From Chrysemys picta bellii (Eukaryota), in NCBI RefSeq assembly GCF_011386835.1, contig NC_088792.1, positions 287,308,001 to 287,372,000 of the forward strand: a DNA stretch of 64,000 bases. The letters are read 5' to 3'. Shown here piece by piece: positions 24,791-41,330 of this stretch (within the stretch, counting starts at the first letter, position 1; every line of letters starts with the position of its first letter). The position numbers and the translations under genes are program-made. Below the pieces are notes generated by a model that had not been told where the DNA came from, searched no databases, and was given only the letters and a program-made list of their open reading frames with translations.

Positions 24791-26168
24791 CTTCCAAAGA
24801 GTGGCAGCATTAAAAGATAAGCACAGTAATGTAGTTGCAACATAACTAAACAAGCCACTGGCATACATTAGATTTGAGCCATTTCTTAAGCATTGCAAAG
24901 TTTATATAAAAACCCACCACTCAGTCATGACTAATATATTAAGAAATGGTGCTTTGGGAATCTAATTCAATTTCCATTTCATTGTTTACACATTTCAGTG
25001 AGAAGGAATTAAGTTGTCCGCATGTTTAATTCAAGTTAAAAAAATTGATCTATTTCTCTGTAAAGCACCTTTTTAATTAAGTTATCTGCATCCACGTTCA
25101 CATTTGGTCTGGTCAGACCTGTATTAAGTCCTCAAAAACTAGAGCTATAGGGCTGTAAATGTAGTTCACATTTTACACTATAAGGCACACTTGTCAGTCG
25201 TGCAGGCCAAACTTGAATCCTTTTCAAAGTTTTATGGTATAGTGGAGGGACTTTCCAAATCATCGCTTGTTAAGCACCACCAATGTGCTAACTAGATACC
25301 CTTAAACCGGTATTTTTGGAAAACTTGCTTTTTAAAAAAAAAATTTGCTACTCATGAAGATCTTTTTGTAGACACTGCCAATACAGGACATGCTGTATTG
25401 TACTTGACTGCTATAAAACCAGCAGAGGGAGCAAAGGAAACTATTTCCAGAGCTGCACAAAGTTAGCTGAGATAGGGGATGCTTATGCATTTTTTCATAA
25501 AATATGCTCTTGAAGATGAATTTGGCTTCCTTTAACTGAAGGCGTTTTCCTTCATAGGATGTGCACCCATTATTAGGTTGGAGTAAGGTTATGTGTTAGT
25601 AATGGGCTCCTGGCTTTCTTGGAAACCATGAATATCTCAAATATATTTTGAGCTAACAAACTTTGACACTCACTGGATTTCAGTTAAAAATCAATTACTG
25701 CCAAATGGAAAGGAAAAGAGTTTAAGAGGGTGTCTCAGGGTTCATATATATTAACCTTCATTATCTGCGACAAGCTTATTTTAAACACAGCTATTTTCGA
25801 AAGATCTGCCTATAACTTTAAGCTAGACTTTGTTAAATGCTATTGTTTCACATTTAAATCAACTGAAATATCCCATACAAAGGAAGAGGCATAAATGTTG
25901 CATTTGATTGGTGTGAAAGTCTTGTGCTTTAAATATTGTTTATAATCCACTATGAAGTCAAATTTAGCTTCCAGGATATCAAAATGATCAAACATGATAT
26001 TGGAGAGATTTTCCTAACTGCAGGATTTATAGCAGTGTTCAGAAATCCGGGTAATGGTTAGCTACTAAGTTTCAAGATAGTAAATTAGTAAAAGAGTAAG
26101 TGCGTTGAATTATGCACAAATCCAATTTAAAATTAAGTAGCTGAAAAGTCAGTTCCCTCTTTGCTTAC

Positions 26169-26201
26169 CTGCCAGTCTCAGTTTCAAGTTTCTATTTCAC
26201 T
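26169..26201 (-). other. EEF1D: Candidate 33-nt non-coding EEF1D 5'UTR exon
   Basis: cacctattgcag|AGTGAA...GGCAG|GTAAGC, 1.4 kb upstream of the long exon. Confidence 0.45.
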
Positions 26202-29192
26202 CTGCAATAGGTGATCAAATCAGAAATATTTAAAACTGAACATTTTCCAACATTCCATTGAGTGCTGATGGCGATACCAACAGTTGGAAAAAATAAATCA
26301 GAATTCCTATCTCAGGACTCAGCAGACAAGTAAAGGGGGAAGTACTTTCAAATACAAGTGCCTTTGCCATTTTAAACTTACACTTATTATTTTGGGAATT
26401 TTTACATTGATATTAAAAAAATCTAACACCTAAATACAGTATTAAAATCATAATTTCTAAGGGGAACCCTTTTTTTGCTTAAAAATAAAAATTGATACTT
26501 TTCATCAGGTACAGAAGACACTGAACAACTCTTGTCCAGTTGAAACAATCTAAAACAATAATTTTTCTTGATTCAAATATCAAAACTGGAAACCCTGAAA
26601 GTCAGGCAGATTTCATTAAAAAAAATAGTTTAACTGGATGCTCTACCCTATGGACATAAATAAAACACTTTTTACTATAGTAAGCCACCAGTTTCAAAGA
26701 TATAGAGAATTAATCCTACTTATTACTTTCAAAGTCAAAGCGCCCCATTAAGTGGGTGGCAACGTGGGGATAAAGCAGCAACTCTATGATCTGGCCCTCA
26801 GGATAAGCCATGTTGTCACAGCTTCCTTGGCATTGTGACCAAGCAGGCAATGACGACATCAGATTATAGGTCAAAGTCAGAACATATGCCAGTTGAATAA
26901 AAATGACTAAAATGTTAATCAGGTGCACATAGTACTCTAGAATGTAAAGATGACCACGTTACACGCTTTCATTGTAAAAGCATGGTAGCCCCACACTTAT
27001 TTTAGTGTCTGATTTCTGACTTAGAAATATTTTACATGTTAACCTTTGCACTCAGAGAAAAAAGGAGCAGTGTCTACCCCACAAGACAAATATTGAATAG
27101 CAATACCTACTACAAGAAATCTTTTAAAGGGAATGGGGTGTTGGACCATTTACACCACAGAACTGGTTTGCACAGGAATTTCCTTCCAGGGTATCCACAG
27201 AAAAGTAGTACCATCCTCCACAGAGGAAGAAATAACCTAAACTGTGGTTATTGAGCAGTAGGTGGAGAAGGAAAAGGGATGATGATACTGAAAAAGATTA
27301 GGACTGAAGAAGGAATAGGATTAGGACTTTTCACAGCCAGTGATTCCTTAAAACAGGTGTTATTCAAAATTAAACTACAATCTTGCAAGGGTTGTACAAT
27401 TTTATTATACTGTTCACCTAGTTTTGTCCATCTCAAGTGTACAAAATGTGAAAGTGCAGGGATAGTGCATGCTTTGATCAGCATTTGACCAAGATGGATA
27501 GGATAATTATGTCTATAAACCTGAACTTTAATGTACTGACTGCAATAGCTTAATAAGGACACTGAAGTGGGAGCTTCGGGTATTGTGATTGCACAAGGTG
27601 TTTTAGATTAATGGGAGGGGGTTGCTCATTGGATTTGGGTTCTCTTAAATCATACCAAGAACAAAATATAGGCTGGAAGATAAAGCCTTCCATTTAAAAA
27701 GTCACATATGATTGTATCAGGTGAATCTGTGGCAGGCAAGTGCTTGCTTTGCATCTAAAGGTCACCTTCTGGTTATAATTCTCAACTACTTCAGAGAAGA
27801 GGGGAAGATAGTCTTGGCTCTTAATATTCTGCTATTACATGTTCAACATTTAGTCTGCATTACTATAATTGAAGTCGGACATAAGAAGGCAACTGCAAAG
27901 CAGATAAAATGGGAGATTACTTAATCCCGTTTAACATAATTAGAGACAGTTTCTTGCAACTCCTCAAATGACCTCTGATTAATCAATGAATAGCAGTCAT
28001 TGTGATGTGCATATATGGGGTACATGTGCATTATGTATTTAATAAGGGTACTCAGGACACCACTACTATTGCAGGATTTATGTGTTCTCATGTAAAACCA
28101 GATGAGAGATCTTTCTCTCCAAAGAACTGAAACCAGAATGAACTGCTGTACTGGTGAATGGTAAATTCCTATAAGCACACTGTCATTTCTATTAGAAGAT
28201 AGAAAACGTAAATTGACAGTGACCTGTTTATAACTGAGGTGAACAAAATCCTAGCACCAATACATGCAATCCAGTGATTTTCTTGGGGGCAAAAAAAAGG
28301 CAGAAGTGACAAGATATTGACCTGTAAGTACTTACTTTTTTAGTTCCTATGACAGCATTAAGAAATAAAGTTAGGAAAAGTGAGAAAGTTTTATTTCTAG
28401 AGACGCAGAACCAGTGAGAGCACAGTTAAACGAGTTGTATAGCAGGTAGAATATTACTTGTATAAAATCTTTTAACTTTCAAAAGAAATTAGTGACAGTT
28501 TACTGCGAAGTTGTGGCTGCTTAATACTAGTGAGTCTAGAACTAACTAAATAGAACTATGTACATATACAGCTAAAACCCAACTGTATTTGTTTTAAACT
28601 ACTGTAGTCAGCACTAAAAATACAATTAGATTACGTACAGACTGGAGTTGTTACCTCAGTGTACTTGATAGGGATCAGCCTTGGGTAAACTACACATGTT
28701 TTGAATATCCAGAATAGCCTATAGAGATGTTAACTAGCTAGAGCTAACTGGCAGGTAACTCAAGGATTAAAACGACAAGCCTGTAGCAGAAGCTTGTTAA
28801 AAGATTATACAAGAACAATTTCTGGAAGAAGTCCAGTCCCCCTAAGAATTTAACAGGTCTCCTTTTTAGTCAAGAGTGGGTTTGAGACAGAAAAGATACA
28901 TATTTCTATGTCTGTTAAACATGTTTTAAAAGTTAATTCCTTCAAACACTCAGCCTGTGGGCCACATGCAACCTGCTTAAGATATTTATCAGCCCCCCAG
29001 GGCATGATCAACTTAGCAGAAATCAAGCTTTAATTTATTTTTAACATATCAAATGCTAGTGCAAAGAAAATCTTCCAAATGGGAACTGCATGCAACCAAT
29101 TAAGAGCCTACAAATATCCTGAAACAACTCTGAGACATGGTCAGTTAGTTCCCTTTTACCTGAATGGAGTGTTATTTCTTAAACCCAGTTAT

Positions 29193-29391
29193 GGTTACGG
29201 CTACACTAGAGAGTTTACCACCACTGTAAGCTATCTAACCGCTCTAAGCCCACGGGAGAGAATTCTCCCATCAGCATAGCGCTGTCCACACGGGCACTTA
29301 TGTTGGTGTAACTTACGTCTCTCAGGGGGGTGGTTTATTCACACCCCTAGGTAACAAATTATGCCAATTATGCTGTAGTATAGACATAGCC
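29193..29391. mobile_element. PIF/Harbinger-like MITE
   Basis: TIR ggttacggctacacta / tagtatagacatagcc. Confidence 0.55.
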
Positions 29392-29824
29392 TATGACATT
29401 TAAAAAAAATCAGATCTTTAAATAATATTAAGTATACAATTGCCAATGTAAATTGCACAATTATACACATAGGACAGTTTCATATGCAAATACCTGATTT
29501 AACAAAAATACCACATCTACATTAGGGAAAGTATTTTAACAAGTTAAAACCCTAGTGTAGACAAAACCATTATTGCTTTAATATGTGTCAGCTTCTGGAG
29601 GTAACCTTGAGTAGCCAAGGCAACTCAGAACAGCACTGGTAGGTGCTTTGTAACAACTCTGCCCAGAGCAATTCATTTCACTTTCATGAGCACTAAGCTT
29701 TACAACTAAAAAATAATCTTACTGTGCTTTATGAATAATCTCTGCAACAGTTTCTATTTCTGAGTACGTCAACAGTAGAAATCAGAGAAGCGAAGAACCC
29801 TATTCTATACTTAAATGCAAAGTA

Positions 29825-30664
29825 CAGTAACTCCTCATTTAACATCGTCCCACTTAATGTTGTTTCAATGTTACGTCCCTGCTCAACTAGGGAACGTGCT
29901 CGTTTAAAGTTGTGCAATGCTCCCTTATAACGTCTTTTGGCTGCCTGCTTGTAAGATTCTGTGGAAGAGCAGTAACTTTACAAGGGAGCATTGCACAAGT
30001 TCCACTTCTCTGCCCCCTCCCCCTCCCCCACAGCGCTTACTCTATACTTAGGGCTTTCTGGGAGGGAGAGGGAGGAGCAGGGAAGCGCCATGTCGCCACT
30101 ACTCCCCCTCCCTCCCAGAAAGTCCTAAGCACCGCCAAACAGCTGTTTGGCAGCAGGGAAGCGCTGGGAGGGAGAGGGAGGAGTGGGAAAGCGCCGCGTC
30201 TCCACTCCCCCCCCCCTTCCTCCCAGAAAGTCCTAAGTGCCGCCAAACAGCTGTTGGGGGGGGAGGTGGAGGGAGAGGGATGTGGCGTGCTCCAGAGAGA
30301 AGGTGGAGTGGGGGTGGGAAGAGGTTGGCCTGGAGTGGAGTGAGGACAGGAAGAGGCGGGCCTGGAGCATTCCCAGCAAAGTCCAAGCCTGTTCTTCTCC
30401 AGGCAAGCTGCCGCTGCAAAGGTGCTTCCTAGTGTCCTTGCCTGCAGCGGGCTGTGCCTGTGTGGGGTAAGCTGGGGGCACTTCCCAACCATAGTACAGT
30501 ACAGTATATAATGCCTTTTGTCTGCCCCAAAAAAATTTCCTTGGAACCTAACCCCCCCCACATTTACATTCAATCTTATGGGAAAATTGGATTCATTTAA
30601 CATTGTTTCACTTAAAGTTGCATTTTTCAGGAACATAACTACAACGTTAAGTGAGGAGTTACTG
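29825..30664. mobile_element. Complete Tigger/pogo-like non-autonomous element, 840 bp
   Basis: 19-bp TIR cagtaactcctca(t/c)ttaac with TA duplicated on both sides; no transposase ORF. Confidence 0.85.
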
Positions 30665-32513
30665 TACAATCACCTTATAAGCCTTTATCATGCTCCCTAA
30701 ATTAAATATGGTTATTAGTTTCTTATGCATTTCATTCATCGTAACTATTCTAGGAGCCACTAGTATTATGTACAAAATGTTTCTATGATTATAAAAATAT
30801 GTGCACAGACTAGACAAGAAAAGTGCAAAAATGTGTGCTCTTGCTGCACAGGTTGGATACTGGCTTTTGTATTATCCATACCACTGAAACATAACAGGCA
30901 GCAACTTAAATGGTGGCACAAAGCGTACCAGCTATTTGTAAGACTTAAAACATCAAAAAGGCAATGGTATTATCTGTGTTGATCAATACATAGTTATCAA
31001 CCTCCCTCACCCAGTGTAAAGTTACATAGGACAAAGCAGTGAAAACTTCCCATAACCAACATATAAGCAACCATCTAAAAGCCCTCTAAGTTTCAACAAT
31101 TTCTAATTGAATATGCATAGTTGGTCAGCTACATTTTCAGTTTCTGCTTATCATCACTTCTTGGATGTCACAAACAAAAATTGGATTTCCAATGATACAG
31201 GGGAATGCGTTGTTAAAAATGTGATGAAAACATTTATATCAGTGTTTCATAAAACCCAAAATAAGATTTGGGCTTAAGCTTTTTAACTGTATTATTACTT
31301 TTTTTTTTAAACGAAGGGAACACTTTTTCCACAGCAGCTGTTGTTTCTGAAGGGAAATGTCAGCTGCTTTTCAAAATCCACAATCTTAAACAGTGCAAGA
31401 TTACCAATGAGTTCACCGCATCTCCCTACAGTAGAGCCCATCGATAATGAAATAGAAGACAAATCACAAATAGCTTCATTGCCACATAATATTAAAATTG
31501 TCATTCTGATTCTTTACAAAATGCAACTTTATGATGAGGTGGTTCCCACTGCATGTGTTCTGTAATATTTTTTGCAGCTCTCGGCATCTACATGCCATCA
31601 TTCTGGATGTAAATCTGTTTATACTGTTTGGCATCACTGAACTAGACAAAGCCAACAAGGATTATGTATAGAGTACTCTCACACTATCTCACATGTCACA
31701 TCCATCCCCCAACAGAATCTACTGAAAACTAATCCCAGCAACAGCAAGGAAAATAAATGTCAACTACAAGTGAAAACCCAGAGTGGAAAGAGAAATTTGG
31801 TAGTTAGTTCAATTATGTGCACATAAGCAAGAATCACTTTAGTTAAGCATTTGATCTCACTAATGAAATTACCAATCCAGCTACCTACAGTACTTTTTGT
31901 GGGAAGATTGTGGAGTGTTTCAAGACATAACTGAGCAAAAGGATTGCCAGTCAGCCAACAAAATGACAGTTGGGACCTCCCAACTAGGATTCCTTGAACC
32001 CTTGACATCTGCCCCCAGGTGATTAGCAACCAATAAGCAGCACCTAAAGTCACTCAGCTAATAAGTGCAGAAAAGCAAGTCTGAAGATACCTGTCACTGG
32101 GAAAGAAAGGCTCCATTTGCTCCTCCAGACAAGTGTGTAGTACTGCAGAAAATCAGTCGGGAAAGGATAAGAAATAAGTTAAGAAAAAATATATCAACTA
32201 GTATCAGAGAATGAACAGAATAGCAAGTGGGGGAGAGGAGAAAAGTATACCTGTAACGGAAAGGAGCAAAGCCAGGCAGAGGAAAAGAATATGTACCTGA
32301 AAAGAAAAGCAGAAGTGAGCAAGGAGGCACATAGGGTGCATAACCAGAGAAGGTAATAAAGAACATCTGGCCAAGCCAAGCAACTCAATGGTATTCTCCC
32401 TGTCTGTAACAGGATAGACTTTTGAATGCTGCATCCAATCAATTCCAAAATCAGGGAATGTTTTAGGCATCAATGAGCAGAACCCTATCGATTTTGGTGC
32501 AAATCAGAAAGCC

Positions 32514-32531
32514 GGGGGGGGGGGGGGGGGG
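32514..32531 (+). repeat. Poly-G run (18 G)
   Basis: Directly visible. Confidence 0.9.
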
Positions 32532-33764
32532 AGGGGCAACACAACCCCTTGCATTTAGTTAGCAGAACCTGCAGTTTTAACCACATCTGTAATTGTCTAC
32601 AGACGTACATGCCAGAAGATAGCAGCCATTATTTGGCGGGGGGGAGGGAGGAGAGAGAAGGCCAGGAATCCCTGAAAGAGGAGGAATTGGAAGATGGAAC
32701 ACAAGGAGCTTATGAAAGGAATGGAAAATGTAAGGAGCCCCTTATGCATGCAATGCACTCAGATTACAGATGCAACAAACCATGCGACTCTCTAGGTAAT
32801 AACTATGGTTATGACCAGAATAAATCCCAACAGAGATTATGGAGTCAGACTGCTAAACATCAACAGAAAGTACAAGAACAGCAGCATAATCCTGTGAGGT
32901 TCAGGACAGCCTGAACTGTTAGAGCTAAAAGGAAGTTAGGGATGATCAGTAGCTTGCTGGATCAGGCCATCTCTTAGGGAGTGCTCAAGGATACTCCATG
33001 GCAGATGGGCCTATCACCAGGGAGCTAAAGTACCTAGATAAGAAGACCCATCAGATTTTCCCTGCCTTTGGTTTTTCAGTGGAGAGAGCCTCAAGTGCCA
33101 GCAGAAGTTACCAGACTGAGAGCTGCTGAAAAGTGAGTCAGCACCACAGAGTTCACCCCCCCCCATCTTTGGGCTGCTGGCATACAGGACAGAGCTCCCT
33201 GATTGTGAGGGGAGCAGCAGGCAAACAAACTGATGCTCACAGTGGGGGTGCAGGGAGACAGGAGGATTCTTTGGAGGACCCCCCTATAAGCGTTCCTGGA
33301 ACCACCTGCATCCACAGCGGAGCTCCTCAGCCATGAGGGAAGCACAGGCTGGTAGTGGGGGGAAGGAGCTTTGGGAGGCTCACCTATCATCCCCCCAGGA
33401 CCTTGCTCACAGCAGTCATGGGGGGGGGGGGGGGAGGATTCTTCTGAGCAATAGAGTCCCTGCCGCCACTCGCTATCATCCCCCTCCCCCACAGGGTACC
33501 GGCACCACAGCAGGGCTCCCTGGCTATGGGGGGAGCATATGATAAGCAGGATGGTGGACAGGGGCCGGCATCAGGGGAAGCACAGAGACACAGAATCCCT
33601 GCCCCCCCCCCCCAACCAGAAACACCTGCCCACAGCAGGGCTCGCCCCCTGTAAGAGAAGCGGGGACGGCTCATGGGGAGGAAAGGATCCTTGGGGGCAC
33701 AGAGGAATCCAGATGAGGTCCCTGCCCCCCACGGGCCACCCCTCCAAACCACCAGCATCCCCTG

Positions 33765-34018
33765 GGGGTCCCTGCCCCCCCCACCTCCCGCCGGCCCCCA
33801 GCACCCCCGGGAGGTCCCTGCCCCCCCCCACCTCCCGCCGGCCCCCAGCACCCCCGGGGGGGAGGTCCCTGCCCCCCCCCCACCTCCCGCCGGCCCCCAG
33901 CACCCCCGGGAGGTCCCTGCCCCCCCCACCTCCCGCCGGCCCCCAGCACCCCCGGGGGGGAGGTCCCTGCCCCCCCCACCTCCCGCCGGCCCCCAGCACC
34001 CCCGGGAGGTCCCTGCCC
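33765..34018. repeat. GC-rich minisatellite, 46-51 bp unit, 5 full copies plus a partial one
   Basis: Unit gaggtccctg-Cn-acctcccgccggcccccagcacccccggg(ggg), starting near 33765, 33811, 33862, 33910, 33960 and 34006. Confidence 0.95.
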
Positions 34019-34019
34019 A

Positions 34020-37035
<3,016 letters not shown>

Positions 37036-40000
37036 GGGGTGCGAGGGGGACTGGAGATGGTCAGCCACCTACTGCTGCACCTTTGGGGGTGTAGCCCCAC
37101 CAAACTCCCATGGGATGGATGGGGACTAACCCCACTCTGCAATGGGACTGACAATGGGGGACCCAACCCCCCCACCCATCATTGCTAGGGAGTGGGGTCT
37201 AATACCTCGTGAGGCTCAGATGTCCCTCCCCCTGGGGCTACCCCCTGTCACTGAGGGGTAAGCCTACTTCCTGGGGTTAATAAGGGGGGATAACCCCCCA
37301 TAAAATGTCATCACTTGAGGGCTATTCCTCACTCTAAACATTATTGGGAGGTGCTATTCCCTACTTATGGAATGTAGGGGGATAATTCCCAGCAACATCA
37401 CTGGAGGGCTAATCCTTACCCCTGACATCAGCAGATTCCCCCCCCCCCCCCCAACCCATGGGGCAGAGGCAGGGGGACCAATCTCTGTATCCAGTGTCGC
37501 TGCAAGGAAGGGGCTTACCCCCATTCTCCTGGGATTGAGGGGAAACTAACCAATGGCCCTGAGAAGGGCTGAGGCGGGGGACTGGACATCAGTGGGACAG
37601 AGAAGGCACGCTGCCCCCTAGCTTGACTGAGAGGGAGGGGATTGTCCCTCACACGAGTGGGACTGATGAAGATGGCGGAGCTGTGAGATGGTCGGCAGTA
37701 AGAATCCTGCTGTGAGGGGAAAGGGACATGCATGGCTCCACACCGCCAAGAGAGGCTCTTCCTTCTCGAGTTGTAAAGAGGGAAAACAGATGCTGGGCAA
37801 GGAACGAAGCTAAACGGATAGCTTGGCTGCAGTCTCGCACGCCAAGTTCTGTGGAGGTGAATCCAGGTGGCGGCAGCAGCCTCACGGTCTAGACCCAAAT
37901 CATCAATGGACTGTAGCTGCTACCAGGATGTAAACTGGCAGCCACGTGCTTGGGTATCTTTTTGTAAGAACTAATGTTAAACTCTGGAGGGGGCTGGTCA
38001 TTCATACCCTTCCCATTTGCTAACTGGTTGCTTGTTAAACTAGGGTGGGTTTAAAACGGGGGTGGGTTTTACATGCACTGGATTAGAACCGGTACACTCT
38101 GGGCTGGGGGTACTCTTAATAAGCTACAGGCCACCCCGAGAGCTGGTGAGCTAATGTAACCTCCATGGCTACTTTATGTGCACAAGGGCTGCCATAGCTC
38201 GTAAACCATGGATACGTCAGACTTTTTAAAAATTAAAATACCATTTTTTGCAATCTTCTTATAGCAAAACAGTTAAACCTGGTGGCTAGGAAGAGAACGA
38301 AATTCCCTTCAGCGGTGGGACATTCTGCAGGCAGAAGATTCTTGGTTTTGCCTCTATGGAGGCTGTTATAGTGAGGCAGCTTGTAACATGTCCTGCAGCT
38401 GGAGTGAAGCAGGAATTGGAGGGGCCCACAACATTTATATTAAAAAATAGAGACGTGAGATTCTAATTGGAATTTTTTTTTTTTTTTTTTTTGGCCTGGT
38501 TTTAAAAAAAATACTTTTAGTCTGGCTATTTAGCAAAAAATAAAAAATAGTTAGTTGAACAGTCCTGCATTGTGGCAGGTGGGGATGGATACTTAGCCAT
38601 GTTTCCATCTCATAACTTCACAGTCTATGAAGATCTAATCAATTTCTGTTCCACTTGGGGGGATGGGGGGGGGGTTGGTAAATCATCCCCTTAGCAGGAT
38701 GTATAGTGAAGCAAAATAGATTTTAATGTTACTTGTCTTCTTCAAATGATGTGGCAATTAAGCTTTTGATTTACCCCTTGAAATTGCATTAACTGTACAT
38801 GATTCTCCTAAATTTGTTTCAATAGGCAAAGTCATCCCGTTACCTGTTTAAAAAACAAAACAAAACACTGGCTGCTCTGAAAAAGAATCTCTTGAATTGT
38901 AGTTCAACTCTTGCTTCTGAGCCCATTAACTAATACTGAGACTTGTTTACAAAATAAAATCTCATAGCTTGAGACCAAGAAGAGTGAATAAATTGATACC
39001 ATTGCCTTATAGACCTGGTTTTCTCCATTTGGATAATCAGCTCTGAATAGTATCCTTTAAAACTGGAATTCCAGCTTCTGCTTTGGAGTACCTTTATTAG
39101 GGACAGGTGAAGACTGCCTGCTAGCATATGAAAGACAGTTAATTTAGGAAACAATAGAGAGACAAAAACTAGCACGAAACTGACAGCAGAGTTCATGATA
39201 CAAGGAAACTGTCTTTTCAAAAATATAAAGGTAAATTCCACTACAGTAATGTTAAACACTTAGATTACTGGAGCCAAATGCACTTTTAAAAAAGATCTGT
39301 CTTTATTTTTGCTGTTCAGTTTGCACTGTCTTCAGAGCCAGCATATGAAAATAGTCCAATCAGTTTCAGTTTTCTCCCTGTCACATTCAAGCATATGGCA
39401 GTGTTTGAGTTGTGTATGCTATGGGAAAGTTTTAAGTTACATAATTACACTGATTTACTTACTTTGGTTATTTAAAAATAATTTCTATTACGTTTTGTAA
39501 TTTTTTTAACAAAACTTAAATTTTCGCCCTAAGCTACCGGTATCACTTGAAAATAGGTCAGCAATTTGTATATTGCTGAAAGATCTCCTTTAGTCAAACA
39601 CTAGTCTTTGGCTCAATACAGAGGTAATGTGGTGAAATTATATGGCCTCTCTTGTACAGGAGATCAGACTAGGTGATCTAATAGTCTCTTTTTGGCCTAA
39701 AATGTCTGTGAAGATTTAAAATATCACTCTTTGAAGGAGAGTTGGAATTCTGAGAGACAGTGATTTCTCATGTGAAGCTTCATATGTCACTTAGGGATGG
39801 GGGAAAGATCCCACTTCAGCCTAAAAATTATGAACCAACTACAACTTCTGGTTCCAAAGGACTAGACTGTTAGGAAGATGGAAGGAGGTGAAGGACTTCA
39901 GTCAAGCTGTTGACCCTGTGGCAGGCCAGCTAATCTCTGCAGTTACTAATTTCCTTTATTTTTGAAATGAGCGTGGCTGGTAAGTGAAAAGTGACTACAC

Positions 40001-40789
40001 AAACGTCCTTGATGGGATCCCTGTTTGTCTTTCAGTGACTCCAGATAAAATGTACGGTACCCAATTGTCAAGTAAAAAGATGTATTTTATAAGTACCGGT
40101 GCAATAGACTCTCAGGATCTGAAAGTCAAGCAGGGTTCTTATTTTGCATCATCACAAGGAATAAAGATTCCAGAGCTGGAATTTATTTGGCAAGTCTGTT
40201 GATGATGCATGTGACAGAGTAGACGCCAGCTCTCATGAGCTGCTTTATATGTATGTGGCTAAGAGGTGTAGGAACGTTTATTGGAAAAGGGATCTGTTAA
40301 AGGATGAGCCATTAACTACAAAAATCAGGAGTAAACACGGCAAAAAAGTAAGTAGTACCTGGTTCAAAAAATAATGTAATTAGAACAGATTTCCTTAAAT
40401 CAGTAAGGATTTAACTTCAGTTTTTATAAACCTTTTGCTAAAAGCTCATTTTAAAAGTACTCCCCCTCAGTCTGATCAGTGTCATTAAGGGAACCAGGAA
40501 AAGATTATTAGGAAAATACAGTGAATGCTTGGGACTCAGGTGGACTGTTCAAGGAATAAAACTGATTTCCTTTGTTTCCACTACTGCAAATGGAAAGGCC
40601 CCACCCTAAAATTTTTAGTTGGTGTGAGCAAAGTGTAGCTCAGAGCTTGGCAAGATGGAATATTACATGCTGGGACATATAGTCTCTGGGTTGAGCCTCA
40701 TAAAAACGACAGTGGCTGTAAAATGTTCTTTTTATGTAACTTAGGTTCATCCCTCAGCCTTCCAGCAAGCTTTCAGTGTTAGTCCCGGT

Positions 40790-41330
40790 TGGGCAAAGTT
40801 TGGATAGCACTGGGACATATCTGTATGGAAACTAGGGGTGGCTAAAGCAGCAAGCCGAAAGGTGAAACAACCATCAGAGGAGCAGCGAAATCCACTGGAG
40901 GAGAGGATTCAAGAAGTTAGGAGTAATCAACGGTGCCATGGCTTTCAGAGGCTTAGGATGGTGAGGATGGAGTAAAAGTGTTGTGATTTTGGTCTGGACG
41001 AGAGCTCTGTCTCACTGGTGTGTAGAGGGTGGAAGCCAGTTGGAAAGTCAAGGATCAAATTGGAAGGTGATGTCAGATCTTATTCAAGAAATCTGGAAGA
41101 TCCTATGTGAGAGAAGGGCAGGAGAGAGTCAAAAGTAGCAAAATGAGCTGGGGCTACAGGTGTGATGGAGGAGAAATGAAAAAGCTGGCAGAATTAAAGG
41201 AAGAGAGTAAATTTGTAGTGGAGGAAATCCACATAGTCATGTGACTTACCCCCCGAGATGATTAATACCACCTGAACAAGAGTGGAGACAATGGGTGTAT
41301 TGTGTTTTTTAGCTGCCAGGTGGCTCAGAG
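40790..41330 (-). mobile_element. Old L2-like LINE fragment
   Basis: Purine-rich degenerate sequence (gagggtggaagccagttggaaag etc.) resembling antisense L2; by-eye similarity only. Confidence 0.35.
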
